Shown here: positions 58,129-64,000 of the stretch, one piece after another
Position numbering within the stretch: the first letter of the stretch is position 1
Layout of the letters: each line of letters begins with the position of its first letter
Source of the DNA: Abditibacterium sp.
GTDB lineage: Bacteria > Armatimonadota > Abditibacteriia > Abditibacteriales > Abditibacteriaceae
DNA: 64,000 bases
Assembly (NCBI GenBank): GCA_965199495.1
Contig: CBDASK010000003.1
Coordinates: 3,168,001-3,232,000 of the forward strand
Direction: 5' to 3'
Translations under genes and position numbers: made by a program
Notes under the pieces: generated by a model
The model's input: only the letters and a program-made list of their open reading frames with translations
Told to the model about the DNA's origin: nothing
The model's database searches: none

Positions 58129-58170
58129 AAAAGAAAAGCGGGCGTCCAGCAATGGGCGCCCGCTTTTTTG
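58129..58170 (+). terminator. Intrinsic terminator
   Basis: AAAAGCGGGCGTCCA-GCAA-TGGGCGCCCGCTTTTTTG. Confidence 0.8.
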
Positions 58171-58293
58171 TATTTTGCGTTGAAATTAAGCCATGACGAA
58201 AATTTTAGATGTCGCCTCATTGCCAGATTCTTTGTGGCTGGGAAACGCATGAAAAGCATCGCGGATGCTTCTACTTTGAGGTAAGATAAAGCT

Positions 58294-58539
58294 ATGACGA
58301 AAACATTGGATGTATCGGCGTGGCCCCAACTGGCCGAAATTCTAAGCGCGATTGGCGAAGATGAGGCCATTGTTCTGACACAAAACGGGCGCGTAATTGC
58401 CGAAGTGAAACCGGTGGAGGAAGGCTCTACCGAAAAACCAAAAGAAAGAGTTTTCGGGCTTGGCGCAGGAGAGGGATATTACATGGCAGATGATTTTGAT
58501 GCCGAGTTGCCAGATTCATTCTGGTTGGGAGAAGAATGA
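58294..58539 (+). CDS. Phd/YefM-type antitoxin with DUF2281-like C-terminus
   Basis: E.IVLT.NG..IAEV.P...R.FG......MADDFDAELPD; ATGA overlap with the PIN toxin. Confidence 0.85.
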   Translation: MTKTLDVSAWPQLAEILSAIGEDEAIVLTQNGRVIAEVKPVEEGSTEKPKERVFGLGAGEGYYMADDFDAELPDSFWLGEE

Positions 58540-58922
58540 AAATTCTAAGCGACACGCACATATTCATTTGGTTTTCGCAAGACTCCGCTCAACTTTCTCG
58601 CTCTGCGCACGATTTATTGAAAAACCCCGCTAACGAAATCTTCTTGAGCATTGCCAGTGTTTGGGAAATCCAGATAAAATTGGACATCAAAAAGCTGGCT
58701 TTACCGCTTCCGCTTCCAGATCTGATTACCCTTCAGCAACGCGTCAACAACATTCAAATTCTGCCCATCGAACCGCGTCACATCTATGCTTTAAGCGATT
58801 TGCCGATGCACCATCGCGATCCGTTCGACCGGTTGCTCATCGCGCAATCTGTCACGGAGGCGATGCCGATCTTAACGGCGGACGCGGTTTTCGACCGCTA
58901 TGACGCGCAAATTTTGCGTTGA
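58536..58922 (+). CDS. vapC: VapC family PIN-domain toxin
   Basis: ILSDTHIFIW, S.AS.WE..IK, HHRDPFDRLLIAQ, LTAD. Confidence 0.92.
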   Translation: MKILSDTHIFIWFSQDSAQLSRSAHDLLKNPANEIFLSIASVWEIQIKLDIKKLALPLPLPDLITLQQRVNNIQILPIEPRHIYALSDLPMHHRDPFDRLLIAQSVTEAMPILTADAVFDRYDAQILR

Positions 58923-58925
58923 AAG

Positions 58926-58954
58926 TTGCAGCCACGCGCCGGAGTTGGTATAAT
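58926..58954 (+). promoter_or_regulatory. sigma70 promoter of the str operon
   Basis: TTGCAG-17-TATAAT with TGn extended -10. Confidence 0.75.
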
Positions 58955-59098
58955 TTGAGAGGTCTTTTCCCTCTGATGCCCCTTTCCGGGACACGGTAAG
59001 GGGCTTTTTTGTGAGCCAAATTCAATGGCTGCGGCCCCGAAATTGAGAGTAGGTAAGAACGAAGAATTAGAAGAGACTCGGAGAACCACGAACGTCGT

Positions 59099-59524
59099 AT
59101 GCCAACAATTTCCCAATTGATTCGTAAAGGCCGCAAGCCGGCCCCCAAGAAATCCACCACGGCGGCCTTCAAAGAAGCCTATAACGGCGTCAAAGGTCAG
59201 CCCACCGAAAACGTCGCCGCCCCTTTAATGCGCGGCGTCTGTTTGCAGGTCAAAACCGATAAGCCCAAAAAGCCCAACTCGGCTTTGCGCGCCAAAGCCC
59301 GCATTCGCCTGTCGAATAAGAAAGAAATCACCGCCTACATTCCCGGCGAAAAGCATAACTTGCAGGAACATTCAGTTGTTCTGGTGCGCGGTGGCCGCGT
59401 CAAAGATATGCCCGGCATCAAATATAAAGTCGTGCGCGGTGCGCTTGATTGTGCCGGTGTCGCCAACCGCAAGCGTTCGCGCTCGAAATATGGCGCCAAG
59501 AAACCCAAAGTAGCCGCTAAGTAA
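59099..59524 (+). CDS. rpsL: 30S ribosomal protein S12
   Basis: [47 protein letters not shown]. Confidence 0.97.
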   Translation: MPTISQLIRKGRKPAPKKSTTAAFKEAYNGVKGQPTENVAAPLMRGVCLQVKTDKPKKPNSALRAKARIRLSNKKEITAYIPGEKHNLQEHSVVLVRGGRVKDMPGIKYKVVRGALDCAGVANRKRSRSKYGAKKPKVAAK

Positions 59525-59526
59525 GT

Positions 59527-59580
59527 TTCCAGTTGTCAGGAAGCAGTGTTTTCTGACAACTGACTCCTGAAAAACTGAAC
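59527..59580. repeat. Inverted heptamer repeat (TTGTCAG/CTGACAA family)
   Basis: ttccagttgtcag ... ctgacaactgactcctgaaaaactgaa; related array at 62046-62155. Confidence 0.65.
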
Positions 59581-59588
59581 CCTTGTAA

Positions 59589-60065
<477 letters not shown>

Positions 60066-60079
60066 AACGAAGAGCAAAA

Positions 60080-60118
60080 CAGAAAAAGCGTCGCGACGAA
60101 AGTCGCGGCGCTTTTCTG
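60080..60118 (+). terminator. Intrinsic terminator after rpsG
   Basis: CAGAAAAAGCGTCGCGAC-GAAA-GTCGCGGCGCTTTTCTG. Confidence 0.8.
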
Positions 60119-60161
60119 TGTTTGAAATTCTATTTCTGCCGATAACACATTATTTTTGAAC

Positions 60162-60363
60162 TTAGGAGTTACGCAGTTCGCTTTGTGTCCGCAAAGGCGG
60201 ACAGTTGCGCGCGGAGCGCGATCCGAGACCCCGATTTCAATCGGGGGACAAACGGGAATACGCGCCTTTCTCTGTGAACTCACATTTTAATGTGAGCCTT
60301 AGATCGCGCTCCGCGCGCAACTGTCCGCCTTTGCGGACACAAAGCGAACTGCGTAACTCCTAA
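60162..60363. mobile_element. MITE/REPIN-like non-autonomous element with 62-bp perfect terminal inverted repeats
   Basis: TTAGGAGTTACGCAG...GCGCGATC (60162-60223) exactly complements 60302-60363; internal REP-like hairpins. Confidence 0.75.
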
Positions 60364-60412
60364 AACTCCTGTGTGCGTTCTAAACGCAAAGACGAGCATC
60401 GAAGAGAAATAT

Positions 60413-60452
60413 AAAAAAAGGCCCGCGCACGTTTATGTGCGCGGGCCTTTTT
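60413..60452 (-). terminator. Intrinsic terminator of the ABC/TPR operon
   Basis: AAAAAAAGGCCCGCGCAC-GTTTAT-GTGCGCGGGCCTTTTT. Confidence 0.8.
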
Positions 60453-60467
60453 GAATATTCGTGATTT

Positions 60468-62036
60468 TTATGCGCCGTAATATCCCGAAACGTTGGGCGC
60501 GGTTTTGGGCGCAGCGTCCGGGGTGCCACCTTTGCGCGATTTTTTGATTTCCGCCACGATGTCGTCGGGCGTGGTGAAACCGTATTTATCCTCGTAGACG
60601 CGCGTTTTGCGGAGCGCGTAAAAGTCGAGGGCATCGCGGGTGCGCGAACGATACCAAGTGCGATACGCCTGCAATGCCAGAGCTTTTTTCTCGGCGGGGT
60701 CAGTCGCCTTTTCTTCTTTCATTTCGTAGAGTTTGGCCAGAAAATGCAACCCCAAATCTTGCGACGAAGTTTTTTCGTCGGCGCGCGTTTTGGCGAGCGC
60801 CGCTTCGATTGTCGCAGGCGAATCGCCGCGAAGCTCGTAGATTTTCTTGAGAACCGGCAGACCCTGCAAATGAAATTTCTCGTTGACGTTCATTACGCCG
60901 ATCATTTCGTTGATGGCGCCGTCCAAATCGCCCGCTTGCATCATGCGCCACGCGGGCATATAACGTGCTTCGATGGTGACGTAAGCGCCGACAGGTTGGT
61001 CTTTGCCGGTTTCTCCCGCGATTTTCTGACGCAAATCTTGGGCGGCGACGATTTGTTGGACGTTGGGCACCAGAGCTTTGACATCGGCCTTAGTCACGGC
61101 GTCGCCGTCGCGATAAACGTCCACGATATCGGTATAACCGGCACCATAACGATGCCATGCGGCGCCCGCGACATCGAGAAGTTGGCGTTGCGCGGGCGTC
61201 GCGCCCATCAAATCGTTGGCGTATTGGTCTTGCGCTTTGTCGAATTCGGGCACGCTCTCCCACAGATGCCCGATGGTGCGGCCCAAAATATCCAGCCCTT
61301 TTTCTTTGATCATCTGACCGCCCGCTCCCTGGATTTCAATGGTGCGCGCATCCGATTTCGAGCGTGCCGTTTTGTAGAGTTCGACGGTTTTTAAGTCGTA
61401 ATAACCAGCTTTTTCGGCGCGCGTCCAGCCGTATTCAAACCACAGGCGATAGGTATCGGGATTGATATTGGAACCGCGATCCAGATAGTCGAGGCCAGTA
61501 GCCACGGCGGCTTCCTGCTTTTGGCGGATGACGGCTGGCCCAGCCTTGATGTTATCGGGGTTAGTCGCGATGTCAGCGTAGATGTTATAAGCCCAGTGCC
61601 AGCCCGCCGTTGACCACGCGTCAATGAACTGCGGATCGAGCGTGACGACCGCTTCCATCAACGGCACCTGACGCGTGAACAAGCCTTCGTGCCAGTATTC
61701 GTCCGATTTCATCCACAATAGGTTGGCGACTTGCGATTTGAAGCCCGACGCCAAACCGGCGACCATGAGCGACGACATCACCGAAAAATCGAGTTTGACT
61801 TTGCCCGAACCTTCGAGCTGACCCGTCTTGGCGTCGTAAACCGTGCCGCCCGAATCCGAGGCGCGCGCCAAGCGGTCGAGCCAGACCAGCGACGGCCCGT
61901 AAGCCTCGCGTTTGGCCTCGGTTTTGGGATGAACCGCGTCGGTATCGCGCAGACGGTTGATGCCCGGTTGCGCGAGGTTGTATGAGACAAGGAGCAAGCC
62001 CGCACCCGCGAGCGCACCCCATTTTGAAAGTTCCAT
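60468..62036 (-). CDS. Membrane-anchored TPR-like protein (Myxococcus PilG/Geobacter XapA-like)
   Basis: GF...VANLLW....YWH...LDPQF..AW....W...YN...G...L.RG...NP....L..E.GW pattern downstream of the ABC ATPase and permease. Confidence 0.7.
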   Translation of the reverse strand: MELSKWGALAGAGLLLVSYNLAQPGINRLRDTDAVHPKTEAKREAYGPSLVWLDRLARASDSGGTVYDAKTGQLEGSGKVKLDFSVMSSLMVAGLASGFKSQVANLLWMKSDEYWHEGLFTRQVPLMEAVVTLDPQFIDAWSTAGWHWAYNIYADIATNPDNIKAGPAVIRQKQEAAVATGLDYLDRGSNINPDTYRLWFEYGWTRAEKAGYYDLKTVELYKTARSKSDARTIEIQGAGGQMIKEKGLDILGRTIGHLWESVPEFDKAQDQYANDLMGATPAQRQLLDVAGAAWHRYGAGYTDIVDVYRDGDAVTKADVKALVPNVQQIVAAQDLRQKIAGETGKDQPVGAYVTIEARYMPAWRMMQAGDLDGAINEMIGVMNVNEKFHLQGLPVLKKIYELRGDSPATIEAALAKTRADEKTSSQDLGLHFLAKLYEMKEEKATDPAEKKALALQAYRTWYRSRTRDALDFYALRKTRVYEDKYGFTTPDDIVAEIKKSRKGGTPDAAPKTAPNVSGYYGA

Positions 62037-62045
62037 TGGTGTTCT

Positions 62046-62155
62046 CCGTCAGGTGTCAGTCGTCAGGAAACAGTTGTCAGGAAGTAAAATAAGCGATTTT
62101 GCTCCTATCTTCTTCGCATCCTGAGACCCGTCACCTGAGAACTGATACCTGAACA
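62046..62155. repeat. Inverted heptamer repeat array
   Basis: tcaggtgtcagtcgtcaggaaacagttgtcagg ... cctgagacccgtcacctgagaactgatacctga. Confidence 0.65.
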
Positions 62156-62157
62156 AA

Positions 62158-63315
62158 TTAAAATTCTCGTTCGCTGAAAGCGAAGTAAGCTACGGCCAAC
62201 ATTACAGCCGTATAGGTTATGCCCGCCGAACCGGCTTTGAGCATATAATTCAGACCGACGGGTAAATCGTTGACCAGACGTTCGCGCACATCGAAGGTAT
62301 CGAGATGCGGCAAAAGCGCGTAAACGCCATCGGCAACGGTGCGAATCGGGCCGGACAAAACGGGCGCTCCGTTGCCGCTACCGCCGCTTAGACGCGCCCA
62401 GTAAGCCGCCGATTGGCCCAGAAAATAGACGACGAACGAAACGATAATCGCCGTGATGCCGGTCAAGTATTGGCTGAGCATGATGGCAAACGCCGCCATA
62501 ATGCTCAGCGTGCCCATGTGCAAAAACAACGCGCGCCCCAGATTTACAATGTCTGAACCAACGCCATTGGGACTCACGCCGAGACCATCGGGCCGATTGG
62601 CGAGGGCATAAGCCTGCGGCAGGTGCGGAATATTCGCGAAGAAACTGCCTCCAGTTAAAGCGTCGGCGCCATCTTTTTGCACAACGAACAGGGCATAAGA
62701 AAGCATGAAAATGCCGCCCATAACCGCCAGATTAAGCGCGAGCGTCAGCATCAAACCGAGATATTTGCCGATGAGAAACTCGACGCGCGTGACCGGTTTA
62801 GACAAAATCGTGAGAATCGTGCGACGCTCGATTTCCGGCGTGATGAGCGCCACGCCCAGAAACACGGCGGCGATCAGCGTCATAATGGCGGTGAAACCCA
62901 GACCATAATCGCGCAGGAATTTCTGCTGCGAGCCGGGCTGCATCCAAGTGAAAAACGTCGAAATTCCCAACATCACGACGGCAAATCCCAACAGCGCCGT
63001 GACCCAGCGGCGGCGAATCGCTTCGTGAAACGTCGTCGTGGCGACAACCCATGCCGTTGGCGTCGTCAGGAAAATCAGTCCCATCGCGAGCGCGAAACCG
63101 ACTAAATCAATCGGTGAAAAGTTATCGGCGGCGCCCGTATCGCCGACCGGCGAGCGATAGCCCGCGACGGCATACCAAATCGCGAGCAGGGCAATTAAGC
63201 CCATCAAAACGAATTGGCCGATGCGCCACGAAGCAGGAATCGCGATACCGCGATTGTCGGCGAGTTGCGACGAAATCAGTTCGCGGTTGGATTGGGGAGA
63301 GGAAGAAACGGCCAT
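62158..63315 (-). CDS. ABC-2 type permease (PilI-like)
   Basis: TF.EAIRRR, EIERRTI.TILSKPVTR.EFLIGKYLG, LPHL..F, FSEREF; multiple TMs. Confidence 0.88.
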   Translation of the reverse strand: MAVSSSPQSNRELISSQLADNRGIAIPASWRIGQFVLMGLIALLAIWYAVAGYRSPVGDTGAADNFSPIDLVGFALAMGLIFLTTPTAWVVATTTFHEAIRRRWVTALLGFAVVMLGISTFFTWMQPGSQQKFLRDYGLGFTAIMTLIAAVFLGVALITPEIERRTILTILSKPVTRVEFLIGKYLGLMLTLALNLAVMGGIFMLSYALFVVQKDGADALTGGSFFANIPHLPQAYALANRPDGLGVSPNGVGSDIVNLGRALFLHMGTLSIMAAFAIMLSQYLTGITAIIVSFVVYFLGQSAAYWARLSGGSGNGAPVLSGPIRTVADGVYALLPHLDTFDVRERLVNDLPVGLNYMLKAGSAGITYTAVMLAVAYFAFSEREF

Positions 63316-64000
63316 TTAGCTTAACCTCGCATCGCTCTTAACCGAGCGCACGAACACATCTTCCAACGTTTCGGAGTGGCCCTTAACATCCAGAGTGCGA
63401 CCGTTGGAATCGTTGATAAAGCGCAAAACGGTTTGCAAACCTTCGCTCGATTCGGCCTCGAAACGGATGCGACCATCTTGGCGCTCGAACGGCAAATTGA
63501 GGCCGCGCGCCTTTTGCAATGCGGCATCGTCGAAGCCTTCGGCGTAAATATCGAAATGCTGGCTCGGCCCGACCAATTCGGGAACGGTGCCGAATTTGAC
63601 CAAGCGGCCTTCGCTCAAAATCGCGACGCGGTCGCAGATTTCTTGCACATCAGCCAACAAGTGCGAACATAGCAACACGGTTTTGCCCGCGTCGCGCACT
63701 TTGAGAATCGTCTCTTTCATCTGGCGCGCGCCAATTGGGTCAAGGCCCGTCGTCGGCTCGTCCAAAAACAACAATTCGGGATCGTTGAGCAGCGCCTGCG
63801 CCAAACCGACGCGTTGCATCATTCCCTTGGAATAGGTGCGAATTTGGCGCTTGCGGTCGGTGCGGTTGAGACCGACCATATCCAAAATTTCTTCGGTGCG
63901 CTTTTGGCGCAGTTCTTTGGAGAATCCGAACAATTTGCCGTAGAAATCCAAGACTTCGGCGGAATTGAGGTGATCGTAGAAGTAAGGGCCGTCGGGCAAA
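63316..64000 (-). CDS. ABC transporter ATP-binding protein (PilH-like; 5' end outside the window)
   Basis: YSKGMMQRVGLAQAL (signature), LFLDEPTTGLDP (Walker B), CSH. Confidence 0.93.
   Translation of the reverse strand, partial: LPDGPYFYDHLNSAEVLDFYGKLFGFSKELRQKRTEEILDMVGLNRTDRKRQIRTYSKGMMQRVGLAQALLNDPELLFLDEPTTGLDPIGARQMKETILKVRDAGKTVLLCSHLLADVQEICDRVAILSEGRLVKFGTVPELVGPSQHFDIYAEGFDDAALQKARGLNLPFERQDGRIRFEAESSEGLQTVLRFINDSNGRTLDVKGHSETLEDVFVRSVKSDARLS

Noticed and set aside
1955..58936. Interpreting GCAGCCACG as a Chi site or a mere Ala/Val codon artefact
   Set aside because: The near-equal strand split (22:21) argues against Chi. Occurrence in all six frames and in intergenic DNA argues against a peptide artefact, pending a formal null test.
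59099..59524. Streptomycin-resistance allele in rpsL
   Set aside because: The equivalents of K42/K43, K87 and P90 are wild type.

Overview
A 64-kb chromosomal segment of mostly housekeeping genes from a moderately GC-rich diderm bacterium. Gene content and protein style suggest Armatimonadota/Abditibacteriota (inference). It carries about 55 CDS, including a PilT/PilU ATPase, dacB, gpmI, a rhodanese operon with a palindromic operator, a ThrC-like/MoaD/NIL sulfur-carrier operon, mobA, ispE, rsmA, cfa, a LysM-NlpC/P60 hydrolase, a GH50 agarase-like enzyme, greA, an SLH-anchored OmpM-like porin, sppA, polA, rpsA, rpsL-rpsG, a PilH/I/G-like ABC module and two TA pairs (HicBA, Phd-VapC). I found no rRNA, tRNA, CRISPR array or transposase, but several families of REP/MITE-like inverted repeats are present. 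The strongest unexplained signal is a non-palindromic motif, (G)CAGCCACG. I counted about 43 copies by eye, evenly split between strands, in all six reading frames, with its 7-bp core also forming an inverted-pair terminator. This pattern resembles a DNA-uptake-sequence-like signal. Other highlights are a natural Tyr762 Pol I, a catalytically dead clan-A glycosidase, a collagen-stalk OmpM, a DUF6878-DUF6915 pair and a YidR-GH50 read-through.
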